A stretch of DNA of 64,000 nucleotides from Candidatus Nomurabacteria bacterium (lineage in GTDB: Bacteria > Patescibacteriota > Minisyncoccia > Phycocordibacterales > UBA9973): NCBI GenBank assembly GCA_023267435.1, contig JAHFNH010000001.1, positions 174,839 through 238,838 on the forward strand, written 5' to 3'. The notes below the pieces were generated by a model. It was not told the DNA's origin and ran no database searches. It saw nothing but the letters and a program-made list of their open reading frames with translations. Shown in pieces: positions 47,381-56,231 of the stretch (its first letter is position 1; every line of letters starts with the position of its first letter). The position numbers and the translations under genes were made by a program.

Positions 47381-47403
47381 AATTTATAATTGACATATAC
47401 TCA

Positions 47404-47440
47404 AAAACCTGCTATAAATATAGCAGGTTTTTGTTTTTTG
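47404..47440 (+). terminator. Intrinsic terminator after secY
   Basis: Stem cctgctat/atagcagg plus a T-run. Confidence 0.7.
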
Positions 47441-47541
47441 AAATAAAAGTTTTTAGGTATTCTTGTTTTGTTTATTGAGTTTCCCGCTTTTGCAGGTGAT
47501 TCATAGACAAAATAATTTTTAATCTTAAAAACATACGACAT

Positions 47542-48324
47542 ATGAAAATTCCAAAAGACACAGAAGAAGGCAAATTGTTCATTGCTTTGTTTATGGGAGA
47601 CAACCCTATTTTTAAAAATCAGACCCGTTTAGCAGAAAAGCTATTGGAAAATGAGAAATCTTTTTTTAAGGCTGAAAAAGGAGAATCTGCTGAAAAAATA
47701 AACACAAAAATGGTGAATCTAAAATCTCTGCTTTCTCAAATTTTTAATCCTAACGCAAGAAGGAAAATAAAGAATGAGTTTATAGAATCAGTTTGTTTAG
47801 TTGTAACTGAACAGTTGAAATCGAAACAATTTTCTTCTGAGGAAATTGAAGCAATCGTTTCTTCCATTAGATCTTCTTTAATTGCTATTAAGGAATCGCC
47901 AAAATCTTTAAAGAAGGGCAAACAGGAAACAGACATCGGGTTACTAATAAAAGAATGCCAATTTTTTTATTTTGTTGGTTGTTCTTGTGACCTATTTAGA
48001 GCAATACCAGATTTAGAAAATCTTGAATTGTCTAAAGGAAAGTTTTTTGTACCAGCAATTTTTCCGAAAGTACAAAAGAAAATAATTGAAAGGAAATCAG
48101 AAATTTTTGAAATGAAAGGAAATTTTTTAGATTTTATTTTCTTTAGAAATTATAATTGGAAACCACAAGTTCGTGGGTTTCTAATTAGAAATAGTGGTGA
48201 ATTGCTAATTGAATTGAATGAAGGTGAAACATCAAGTTGGGAATATGAAATCTACAAAAATAAACTTATGACTATTGTTTACAACCAACGGTTTATTAAA
48301 AATGGTTCCGTAGATAAAGTTTAA
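47542..48324 (+). CDS. Hypothetical protein
   Basis: 260-aa ORF. Confidence 0.4.
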   Translation: MKIPKDTEEGKLFIALFMGDNPIFKNQTRLAEKLLENEKSFFKAEKGESAEKINTKMVNLKSLLSQIFNPNARRKIKNEFIESVCLVVTEQLKSKQFSSEEIEAIVSSIRSSLIAIKESPKSLKKGKQETDIGLLIKECQFFYFVGCSCDLFRAIPDLENLELSKGKFFVPAIFPKVQKKIIERKSEIFEMKGNFLDFIFFRNYNWKPQVRGFLIRNSGELLIELNEGETSSWEYEIYKNKLMTIVYNQRFIKNGSVDKV

Positions 48325-48340
48325 AAACATTTAAAGACAC

Positions 48341-48375
48341 AGCCCTGTAATGAATATTGCGGGGCTGTTTTAATT
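48341..48375. terminator. Bidirectional terminator
   Basis: Stem acagccctg/cggggctgt with one G-U pair. Confidence 0.55.
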
Positions 48376-48380
48376 ATTGT

Positions 48381-48947
48381 CTATTCTTTTATCCACTTTT
48401 TATATTCTTCAACAACAAGATGGGCGACTTGATGAAGGTTATTTTCATTTGTGTCGATCACTAGGTCAAAATTATTTTTGTCGGTATGATCCACGCCGTA
48501 ATAATCCATATATCTTTTTTTCTCGCTTTCGAGTCGGCGAGTTATTTTTTGACAAATTTCTTCTGCGTCAGTAGAGTGCTCGCTTTCTTGTCTTAGCTTG
48601 TTTACTTTTAAATTGCTGAGAATTCTTTGTTTGGCTATTTCCGGTGGAAGGTCGAGATATACTTTGAAAGATGTTGGTATCCAGTGAAAAGCCAAACGTG
48701 AATCAATAACAATATTATCCATTTCTCCAGCTTTCTTCACTTCTTCATCTATTTTTAAGTCTATTGAATGGTCGATCTCCGCCATGACTGAAAGCTCATT
48801 TAAGGAAATTCCCATATCGGTGGCAATTTTGCGCATAAAATCCCCAGAGGAAAATCGTTTAAAACCAAGTTCTTTCGCCACAAAATCAGCTGTGCTGGAT
48901 TTTCCACTGCCGGGTAAGCCGTTGATTGTTATAATCTCTTTTTTCAT
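48381..48947 (-). CDS. cmk: Cytidylate kinase-like NMP kinase (short, archaeal-type)
   Basis: P-loop INGLPGSGKSS and FSSGDFMRKIA. Confidence 0.6.
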   Translation of the reverse strand: MKKEIITINGLPGSGKSSTADFVAKELGFKRFSSGDFMRKIATDMGISLNELSVMAEIDHSIDLKIDEEVKKAGEMDNIVIDSRLAFHWIPTSFKVYLDLPPEIAKQRILSNLKVNKLRQESEHSTDAEEICQKITRRLESEKKRYMDYYGVDHTDKNNFDLVIDTNENNLHQVAHLVVEEYKKWIKE

Positions 48948-48970
48948 ATTTCAAGTATAACATAACAAAT

Positions 48971-49075
48971 CTCCCCCTTGATAAGGGGGAGTGCCTGAAA
49001 GGCGAGGGGGTAATTTTCAAAAAATCACCACTCTCCAAACCCCTCCTCAACAAGGAGGGGAATTATTTGATTTTG
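48971..49075 (+). promoter_or_regulatory. GC-rich leader with alternative hairpins upstream of adk
   Basis: Hairpin ctccccctt-gat-aagggggag (48971-48991) and hairpin cccctcct-caaca-aggagggg (49040-49060). Segment cgagggggta (49003-49012) can pair with either 5' arm. A weak U-tract follows the second hairpin. Confidence 0.4.
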
Positions 49076-49101
49076 AATATAAAATCCTGTATTCTTATTG
49101 G

Positions 49102-49689
49102 ATGCAAGGTGATACTTATGTATTTTTTGGAATGGTTGGCTCCGGCAAAGGGACTCAGGTAAAATTACTGATGGATTTTTTGAAAGTACGGGACGGCAAG
49201 GAGATAATTTACATCTATCCAGGCAGTGAATACAGGAAATTAGTGGACTCTGGAAGCTATACAGGCTCCTTGGTGAAGGATTCTTTGGCACGTGGAGAAT
49301 TACAGCCTGATTTCTTAACAAACTCAATTTTCACGAATATTTTGATTAATTCTCTTACTAACGAAGAGCATTTAATATCTGATGGGTATCCTAGAACCAT
49401 ATCTCAATCTCAAACTTTTGAGTCGATGGTTAATTTCTATAAGCGGGGAAATGTAAAGATGATCTATATTGAAGTTAGTAAAGAAGAATCAATGAAGCGA
49501 AATATGTTGCGTGGCAGAGGTGATGATACAGAAAAAGGTTTAGCAAAAAGATTTGACGAATATATAAACAAAGTTATTCCAGCGATGGATTATTTCAAAG
49601 ATAAAGAAGGGTATGAACTTTTATCTATCAATGGTGAGCAGTCAGTCGAAGACGTGCACAAAGATATTATTAAAGCATTAAGTTTTTAG
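49102..49689 (+). CDS. adk: Adenylate kinase
   Basis: FFGMVGSGKGTQ, LISDGYPRT and RGRGDDTEKGLAKRF. The ORF track starts at 48991; the Met at 49102 is preferred. Confidence 0.75.
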   Translation: MQGDTYVFFGMVGSGKGTQVKLLMDFLKVRDGKEIIYIYPGSEYRKLVDSGSYTGSLVKDSLARGELQPDFLTNSIFTNILINSLTNEEHLISDGYPRTISQSQTFESMVNFYKRGNVKMIYIEVSKEESMKRNMLRGRGDDTEKGLAKRFDEYINKVIPAMDYFKDKEGYELLSINGEQSVEDVHKDIIKALSF

Positions 49690-50384
49690 TGATGCCAAAT
49701 AAAACAGAAGAAATTATTGTCATTTCACTTGGCGGATCGCTTATCGTGCCGGATGCTATTGATACGGAGTTTTTGAAAGATTTTAAAAAGGTAATTTTAT
49801 CTGAAATAGAGAAGGGTAAGAAATTTATTATTATAACCGGTGGGGGAAAAATCTGCCGAAGATATCAGGAAGCAGCGAAAGAAGTATCTACTTCATCGAA
49901 TTACGATCTTGATTTGATCGGCATTACTGCATTGCGCATAAACGCTGAGCTCTTGAGAGTTATTTTCAGCGAACAAGCGCACGGCGAAGTTGTTTCAAAT
50001 ATGACCGGCGAACTTTCTTTTGAAAAGCCGATAATAATAGGCTCAGCTTATAAACCAGGAAGCAGTACGGATCTCGGAGCTATCTTGGCAGCAAAGTTGG
50101 TCGGTGCGAAAAAAGTGATCAATTTATCGAACACTGATTATGTTTATGATTCGGATCCGAAAGTTAATCCGGAAGCCAAAAAATTTGAAAAAATTTCCTG
50201 GGCGGATTATCGCGCCCTTATTCCGAAAGAATGGAATGCCGGACTTAATTCTCCTTTTGATCCAGTAGCTTCCGAACTTGCAGAGAAAGAAAATATTTCA
50301 GTCGTGATAATGAACGGCAAGCCGATTGAAAATTTTGCTAAATGTTTAAGTGGTGAAAATTTTATGGGCACGATTATTTCTTGA
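49689..50384 (+). CDS. pyrH: UMP kinase (amino-acid-kinase fold, archaeal-type)
   Basis: VISLGGS, ITGGG and a C-terminal aspartokinase-superfamily fold. Confidence 0.7.
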   Translation: MMPNKTEEIIVISLGGSLIVPDAIDTEFLKDFKKVILSEIEKGKKFIIITGGGKICRRYQEAAKEVSTSSNYDLDLIGITALRINAELLRVIFSEQAHGEVVSNMTGELSFEKPIIIGSAYKPGSSTDLGAILAAKLVGAKKVINLSNTDYVYDSDPKVNPEAKKFEKISWADYRALIPKEWNAGLNSPFDPVASELAEKENISVVIMNGKPIENFAKCLSGENFMGTIIS

Positions 50385-50489
50385 TATATGCTTGCCCCGT
50401 ACTAAATTTTTGATTAAAAAATAATAAATTAAAAATAAACAGTAAGAAGTAAAAGGGAATAAGATTAATAAATAAATGAAAATTTTAGT

Positions 50490-51263
50490 ATGGGGATAAT
50501 AATTAAAACACCAGCAGAAATAGAAAAGATAAGAGAAGCCAGTAAGCGATTGGCTTTTGTTTTGGACGAAGTAAAAAAAATAGTTAAGCCTGGAGTTTCC
50601 ACTAAAGAGCTTGATAAATATGCAGAGAAATTAATCAGGGAACAGGGTGATTCTCCCGCTTTCCTTAATTATCGTCCTGTTGGGGCAAAAAAACCTTTTC
50701 CAGCGTCATTGTGCGTTTCAGTGAATGAAGAAGTGGTACATGGCATTCCAAAGGAAGATAAAATATTACAAGAGGGCGACATTGTTTGCATTGATTTGGG
50801 GATTAATCATAAAGGTGTCTTTGCTGATATGGCTTACACTGTGCCGGTAGGGGAAGTTTCATCTGCATCTAAAAAACTTATGGATACCACACAGCGTAGT
50901 TTGATGGTAGGTATCGATGCGGCGCGTGGAGGTGGCAGGGTTGGAGATATTGGTTATGCGATTGAAAGTTTTGTTAAAAAACAAGGAAGGTTTGGTATCG
51001 TGGAAGTTTTAGCGGGGCATGGAGTCGGACGTGAGATACATGAGGATCCATATATTCCAAATTTTGGCAAAAAGGGGACAGGGGCGAAGCTAGTACCAGG
51101 AATGGTGATAGCCATCGAGCCGATGTTAAACAATGGCACCAAGAATGTAGTAATTGGAAAAGATGATTGGACCATATCAACTGCCGACAAAAAACGTAGC
51201 GCGCATTTCGAGCATACTATTTTAATTACCGAAGATGAACCAGAAATACTAACGATCCAATAA
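50490..51263 (+). CDS. map: Methionine aminopeptidase type I
   Basis: Metal ligands in DIVCIDLG, HGVGREIHE and EHT. Confidence 0.9.
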   Translation: MGIIIKTPAEIEKIREASKRLAFVLDEVKKIVKPGVSTKELDKYAEKLIREQGDSPAFLNYRPVGAKKPFPASLCVSVNEEVVHGIPKEDKILQEGDIVCIDLGINHKGVFADMAYTVPVGEVSSASKKLMDTTQRSLMVGIDAARGGGRVGDIGYAIESFVKKQGRFGIVEVLAGHGVGREIHEDPYIPNFGKKGTGAKLVPGMVIAIEPMLNNGTKNVVIGKDDWTISTADKKRSAHFEHTILITEDEPEILTIQ

Positions 51264-51267
51264 AAAT

Positions 51268-51302
51268 AAAAAATCCTCCACCAGATGGTGGAGGATTTTT
51301 TA
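51268..51302. terminator. Intrinsic terminator (CCTCCACCA...TGGTGGAGG variant)
   Basis: Stem atcctccaccag/tggtggaggat plus a T-run. Confidence 0.7.
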
Positions 51303-51318
51303 TTTTTATTATATTGTT

Positions 51319-51792
51319 TTAGTTACCACTGAAACTATCTGAATAACCTGATCCTTCCTCATAATCTTGTTTTTCTTGATTCCATATTGGAAATCCTACA
51401 CCTTTACCTAGCGCAATTTTATATTTTTCTGCTTTTTCTGGATTTATTTTCTCTATATCTGCTAATGATTTTTTAGTATGTTTATTTTCTAATTTTTTAT
51501 CTAAAACTTTTTGACTAAATTTTGTTTCAAATATGGAAGAAACTTTTTTACCCATTTTTTCCCATATACTCTGTCTCGTCTCTTCTATTTTTTGTTCTTT
51601 AGCGGCTTCCTTTTCTTCTTTTTTCATTTCTTGAGCAGAATCTATTTTCTGTTCAGCCATTCCCTTTTTTGCAGCTTCTTCAGTGCCTTCGACTTTTTGT
51701 TCTGGTAATTTTTCTTTAGATTGCGCAGTTTGTTTTGACTGCATCTCTAAAAGTTCTTCTCTTACATCTTTAGTTAATCCTTCTATTTTCAT
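51319..51792 (-). CDS. Lys/Glu-rich hypothetical protein
   Basis: 157 aa, highly charged and coiled-coil-like. Confidence 0.4.
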   Translation of the reverse strand: MKIEGLTKDVREELLEMQSKQTAQSKEKLPEQKVEGTEEAAKKGMAEQKIDSAQEMKKEEKEAAKEQKIEETRQSIWEKMGKKVSSIFETKFSQKVLDKKLENKHTKKSLADIEKINPEKAEKYKIALGKGVGFPIWNQEKQDYEEGSGYSDSFSGN

Positions 51793-51988
51793 ATTTTTTA
51801 ATTTAAAATTGTTTTTTAATAAACGACCCCCTAATAATCACCTCAAAAGTATAACATTATTATAATAATTTTTCATTGCTTTTACTGTTCCATTATATCA
51901 TATCGTAGTCAAATGTCAAGGTTGACTTATTTCAAAAAACTGATATTATCTTAAGTAAATATATTGTTTTTTAACTAAAAATTCAGCC

Positions 51989-52147
51989 ATGCTTATATTT
52001 CTTAAGAAATTTTTTCAGCCTTGGTTTCAGGAAAACCAACCGAAAAGGAGGATTGTTTCTAATACTCTTAATGGAAGGGTTTATAAGTTCAATTTTGCTC
52101 CAAAAGAATTAATAAAAAAAGATCCGTTGAAAGTAAATTTAAATTAA
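51989..52147 (+). CDS. Small upstream ORF (52 aa) followed by a terminator, ahead of the large ATPase gene
   Basis: ATG at 51989 downstream of TTGACT-N16-TATTAT. Terminator at 52146-52186. Confidence 0.2.
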   Translation: MLIFLKKFFQPWFQENQPKRRIVSNTLNGRVYKFNFAPKELIKKDPLKVNLN

Positions 52148-52217
52148 AACCGCATTGTTTGCAACAGAATGCGGTTTTTATTTTGTCTTTTAGTGAATTC
52201 AAAGTATAATTAAACCA

Positions 52218-54971
52218 ATGGAAGGATCATTTTTAGAGGAAATGCCAAAATTCAAAACTCCGGAAGAGGAGCTCGGTTATTTGCGCGCGCATGTGGCGAA
52301 ACGCGAACAAGAACTCATTAATGCCGGGCGTTTTGAGAGCGCTCAAGAAAATGCAGTTCAAGAAATAATTACTGAATACGAAAAAGTTCCGGTGAGTCAG
52401 GCTATTCATGAGCGCAATATAATAGAAAAAGAAGAGGCAGAAGAAGTTGTGCTCAGATTAAAACCAGAAACACACGATCGAGTGATGGAAGAACTTTTAG
52501 GTTTAGTTCTCACGAAAGGCATCAGAAATGCTTTGTCGGTAGTAGAAGCAATGAACAATCCGCATATTGATGACGATTTTCACCGATTGTTGATTCAATA
52601 TTTAAAAACAGGACAAAAAGTGCCAGACTTGAAAGAAGGCACGCCTCTTTGGAAACAATTAAACATTACACTTTATGAAGTTACTTTGCCGGAGCAATCA
52701 GGCGAAGAGAAAAAAGGTTTCAAGGAATTCATTGGCGCGATGGAGCAGTTCTATGCCGGCATGCAGTCTATTTCTTCCGGACGCAACAATGAAGAAAGAA
52801 ATTATTTTTCATTGGAAATAGCTTTAGGAAATCAAACCGACGAAGTTGTTGTTTATGTAGCTGTACCAAATAGCTTCGTTTCTCTTTTTGAAAAGCAGAT
52901 TTTAGCTTTTTACCACGATGCGAAAGTAGTAGAAGTTGAGGATGATTACAATGTTTTCACGGACAATGGTTTTTCTGCTGGAGCTTATGCTAAATTCTCC
53001 GAGCGTTCCGTATTACCTATTAAGACTTATGATGTGATAGACCATGATCCGATGAATACTATTCTGAGTGTTTTCTCAAAATTAAAGTCGAGTGGCGAGG
53101 GCGCGGCAATACAATTCGTTATAGCTCCAGCGGGAGAAAAATACATTAAAGAATTTCACCTTATTTTAGATGATGTGAAAGATGGAATGTCTGTGAAACA
53201 TGCTGCGGATAATTTTTATAAATTCAATAAAGCCATTTTGAAAGCTTCGAAGGAATTATTTTTCGGAGTAAAAAAAGAAACAGAGAAAAAAGAAAAATAC
53301 ATTGCTGGCAGAAGTGCAGTAGATGAAGGCGCAGCGGAAAAAATAGGCAATAAGCTAAAAAGTACCATTATGGAAGCCAATATTCGCCTCATCGCTTCAG
53401 CGGGAACAAAAGAAAGAGCGGATGCAATATTAAGAGAAATAGAATCATCTTTCAATCAATTTACCGAAACAGCCAGCAACTCGATTATTTTTGAAAAAGT
53501 TCAAGGAAGCGAAGTGAAAGAATTTTTCCACGATTTTTCTTATCGCGCTTTTTCGAAAAATAAATCTATGCCGATGAATTTAAAAGAGCTCGCATCCGTA
53601 TTTCATTTTCCTATTGGTGTGGAAGGCATGGCACAATTGCGTGAAGCCAAGTCCGGTATTGCTCCCGCTCCTATGCAAATGGGCGGAGATGGGATTGTAT
53701 TAGGTATAAATAGTTATCGCGGAAAAGACACTGAAATCCGCATGGCGCGAGAAGACAGAGTGCGCCATATGTATGTCATCGGTCAGACGGGAACAGGTAA
53801 GACGAATATTTTGCTTAATATGATTACTCAGGACATTAAAAATGGTGATGGATGTTGTTACATCGATCCGCACGGCACAGATATTCAAACCATACTTAGT
53901 CGTATTCCAAAAGAAAGAATAGATGATGTTATTTACTTCGATCCGGCTTATACAGCGCGACCAATGGGGCTCAATATGCTCGAGTATGATCCAAATTATC
54001 CTGAGCAAAAGACTTTCGTGGTCAATGAAATGATGGGTATTTTCAATAAGCTTTTCGATATGAAAGCTGGAGGCGGAGCGATGTTTGAACAATATTTTAG
54101 AAATAGCGCATTTCTGGTGATGGAAGATCCAGAATCAGGTTCGACTTTGCTTGAAATTACCAGAGTTTTGGCGGATAAAGAATTTCGTGATTTAAAACTT
54201 TCTAGATGTAAGAATCCGATCATTAAGCAGTTTTGGGTTTCTGCGGAACAAACTTCCGGTGATCAATCTTTGGCAAACTTCGTGCCATATATTTCTTCAA
54301 AGTTTGATAACTTTATTTCCAACGACATTATGCGTCCAGTCGTACTTCAGCAGAATTCAGTTTTCAATTTTAGAAAAATTATGGACGAGAAGAAAATTCT
54401 TTTGGTAAATCTTTCAAAAGGCAGACTCGGTGATATCAATGCGAACTTGATCGGTCTTGTACTGGTGGGTAAAATTCAAATGGCAGCGCTTTCCCGTGTG
54501 GATATGTTCGGCAAGCCTATGAATGATTTTTATCTTTATATTGATGAGTTTCAAAATGTTACTACTGATTCTATTTCTTCAATTCTTTCGGAAGCTAGAA
54601 AATATAGATTGTCTCTCAATATTGCGCACCAATATATTGCTCAGTTGGATGAGGGAATTAAGAATGCAGTCTTTGGCAACGTCGGCTCGATGGCAATCTT
54701 CCGTGTCAGTCCTGAAGATGCAACTTTCTTAGAACCAAAATTCAAACCGGTATTTACTTCTCATGATATAACCAAGCTCGACAACTACAATGCTTACATG
54801 AGCATGTTGGTAAATGGCCAGCCGACCAAGCCTTTCAATTTAAAAACTTTAGCGCCTGAAAGAGGTAATCCAGAAATAATAGATAGTCTCAAAGAACTTT
54901 CATATCTAAAATACGGCCGTGATAGAGAAGAAGTAGAAGCTGAAATCATGGCTCGCTACTCCTCGATGTAA
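52218..54971 (+). CDS. Large soluble P-loop ATPase of the FtsK/HerA/VirD4-TraG superfamily with an uncharacterised ~450-aa N-terminal domain
   Basis: Walker A GQTGTGKT followed by YIDPHG, Walker B LYIDEFQN. No TM helices. Confidence 0.6.
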   Translation: MEGSFLEEMPKFKTPEEELGYLRAHVAKREQELINAGRFESAQENAVQEIITEYEKVPVSQAIHERNIIEKEEAEEVVLRLKPETHDRVMEELLGLVLTKGIRNALSVVEAMNNPHIDDDFHRLLIQYLKTGQKVPDLKEGTPLWKQLNITLYEVTLPEQSGEEKKGFKEFIGAMEQFYAGMQSISSGRNNEERNYFSLEIALGNQTDEVVVYVAVPNSFVSLFEKQILAFYHDAKVVEVEDDYNVFTDNGFSAGAYAKFSERSVLPIKTYDVIDHDPMNTILSVFSKLKSSGEGAAIQFVIAPAGEKYIKEFHLILDDVKDGMSVKHAADNFYKFNKAILKASKELFFGVKKETEKKEKYIAGRSAVDEGAAEKIGNKLKSTIMEANIRLIASAGTKERADAILREIESSFNQFTETASNSIIFEKVQGSEVKEFFHDFSYRAFSKNKSMPMNLKELASVFHFPIGVEGMAQLREAKSGIAPAPMQMGGDGIVLGINSYRGKDTEIRMAREDRVRHMYVIGQTGTGKTNILLNMITQDIKNGDGCCYIDPHGTDIQTILSRIPKERIDDVIYFDPAYTARPMGLNMLEYDPNYPEQKTFVVNEMMGIFNKLFDMKAGGGAMFEQYFRNSAFLVMEDPESGSTLLEITRVLADKEFRDLKLSRCKNPIIKQFWVSAEQTSGDQSLANFVPYISSKFDNFISNDIMRPVVLQQNSVFNFRKIMDEKKILLVNLSKGRLGDINANLIGLVLVGKIQMAALSRVDMFGKPMNDFYLYIDEFQNVTTDSISSILSEARKYRLSLNIAHQYIAQLDEGIKNAVFGNVGSMAIFRVSPEDATFLEPKFKPVFTSHDITKLDNYNAYMSMLVNGQPTKPFNLKTLAPERGNPEIIDSLKELSYLKYGRDREEVEAEIMARYSSM

Positions 54972-55034
54972 TAGTTTGAGTAATTTTTCAAAACCTGCTA
55001 ATATAGCGGTATTACAATTTTAATTTAATTTTTT

Positions 55035-55511
55035 ATGGCAAAACCTAATGAAGAGAAATCCTTAATAATTATCAAGCCGGACGCAGTACAGCGTAACTTG
55101 GTTGGAGAAATGATAAGTCGTTTTGAAAGAAAAGGTCTTAAACTCATCGGAATGAAAATGATGAGTATTGAGGACGCAATATTAGAAGAACATTATGCGC
55201 ATATAAAAGACATGCCATTTTTCCCTGGTGTTCGAAACTACATGAAAGCTTGTCCTGTAATAGTAATGGCAATCGAGGGTATCAATGCTGTGTCAGCTAT
55301 TCGCTTGCTTGTAGGTCCAACAAAGGCATGGGAAGCAAATGCTGGTACTATTCGCGGTGATTTTTCTTTATCTAAACAGTCAAATCTTGTGCATGCTTCT
55401 GATTCTATTGAAAATGGAGAAGCAGAAATTAAAAGATTTTTTAAACACGAAGAATTGTTTAATTATTCAAAGATTGATACTGATTTTATTTACGCAGAAC
55501 ACAAAGAATAA
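55035..55511 (+). CDS. ndk: Nucleoside diphosphate kinase
   Basis: IIKPDAVQRNLVGEMISRFE and NLVHASDS. Confidence 0.9.
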   Translation: MAKPNEEKSLIIIKPDAVQRNLVGEMISRFERKGLKLIGMKMMSIEDAILEEHYAHIKDMPFFPGVRNYMKACPVIVMAIEGINAVSAIRLLVGPTKAWEANAGTIRGDFSLSKQSNLVHASDSIENGEAEIKRFFKHEELFNYSKIDTDFIYAEHKE

Positions 55512-55514
55512 TTT

Positions 55515-55550
55515 TAAAAAATCCTCCGCCAGCTGGCGGAGGATTTTTAT
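55515..55550. terminator. Intrinsic terminator (CCTCCGCCA...TGGCGGAGG family)
   Basis: Stem atcctccgccagc/tggcggaggat plus a T-run. Confidence 0.7.
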
Positions 55551-55642
55551 TTTGTCAAACAAAATCAAACTTGTTTTTAAATTTTTTCTGTGGTTTTTTG
55601 AAAAGCTTGTTGCAGAAATATTTTAAGATAGTATACTTTTAG

Positions 55643-55768
55643 TAGGGTTATTTCCGATTATTACCTAGAACAATAAATTATGGGAGTCTCGATCGGGTAA
55701 GGCTTAGGCCTCACACGTCTGACACCCACTTAGCTTTACGCTATGGTAATATATCGGAAATAGCCCTA
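55643..55768 (+). other. 126-bp element bounded by a 16-bp near-perfect inverted repeat; candidate structured cis-regulatory RNA or MITE
   Basis: tagggttatttccgat (55643-55658) pairs with atcggaaatagcccta (55753-55768), 16 bp with one G-U. Inner helix ttacc-tag / cta-t-ggtaa and internal hairpin aggc-ttag-gcct. Confidence 0.45.
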
Positions 55769-55777
55769 AAGAAGGAT

Positions 55778-55806
55778 TCCGCGCATTCGTTTTGGGCGGA
55801 TTTTTT
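55778..55806 (+). terminator. Terminator-like hairpin + U-tract between the structured element and the downstream membrane-protein gene
   Basis: tccgc-N13-gcgga followed by tttttt. Confidence 0.4.
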
Positions 55807-55822
55807 CTTCAATATAGACATA

Positions 55823-56227
55823 ATGCAAAATATTAATAAAGAAAAACTTTTAAAACGCATGTTATTCATGGTTTTTTTTGTTTTTGGGCTAAATTCTTTA
55901 GCAATGAAATTTTATTGGTATTCAATGATTTGGTGGTTTGATATGCCGATGCATTTTTTAGGGGGATTTTTTGTCGGATTGGCTTGGATGTTTGTTTTTT
56001 TACCAAAAGATTTCACATATCAGGGTGGGTGGGGTAAATCAATTTTTAAAATAATTTTAGGGGTTCTTTTAATAGGAGTTTTATGGGAGATATTTGAGAT
56101 ACTTGTTGATAAGACTATTTCTCAAAATCCTTTCAATACTTTAGACACTATCTCAGATATTTGTTTTGATGTGGCGGGCGGTTTTACTGCTATTTTCTAT
56201 TTTCTAAAGAGAATTATGTCTGTTTAA
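55823..56227 (+). CDS. Small polytopic membrane protein, possibly VanZ-like
   Basis: 3-4 TM helices. C-terminal WEIFEILVDKTISQNPFNTLDTISDICFDVAGG resembles the VanZ motif. Confidence 0.4.
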   Translation: MQNINKEKLLKRMLFMVFFVFGLNSLAMKFYWYSMIWWFDMPMHFLGGFFVGLAWMFVFLPKDFTYQGGWGKSIFKIILGVLLIGVLWEIFEILVDKTISQNPFNTLDTISDICFDVAGGFTAIFYFLKRIMSV

Positions 56228-56231
56228 AAAA

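Noticed and set aside
48991-49101. N-terminal 37 codons of the adk ORF in the six-frame track
   Set aside because: They translate GC-rich hairpin DNA into a Pro/Gln/Gly-rich low-complexity peptide. An NMP kinase P-loop must sit near the N-terminus, so Met-38 (49102) is the likely start.
55643-55768. Identity as SRP RNA, fluoride, guanidine or Mn riboswitch, or a tRNA
   Set aside because: It lacks the GGAAGCAGCC/GNRA apex of 4.5S RNA, the crcB, ykkC or yybP consensus strings, and a T-arm. It is left unclassified.
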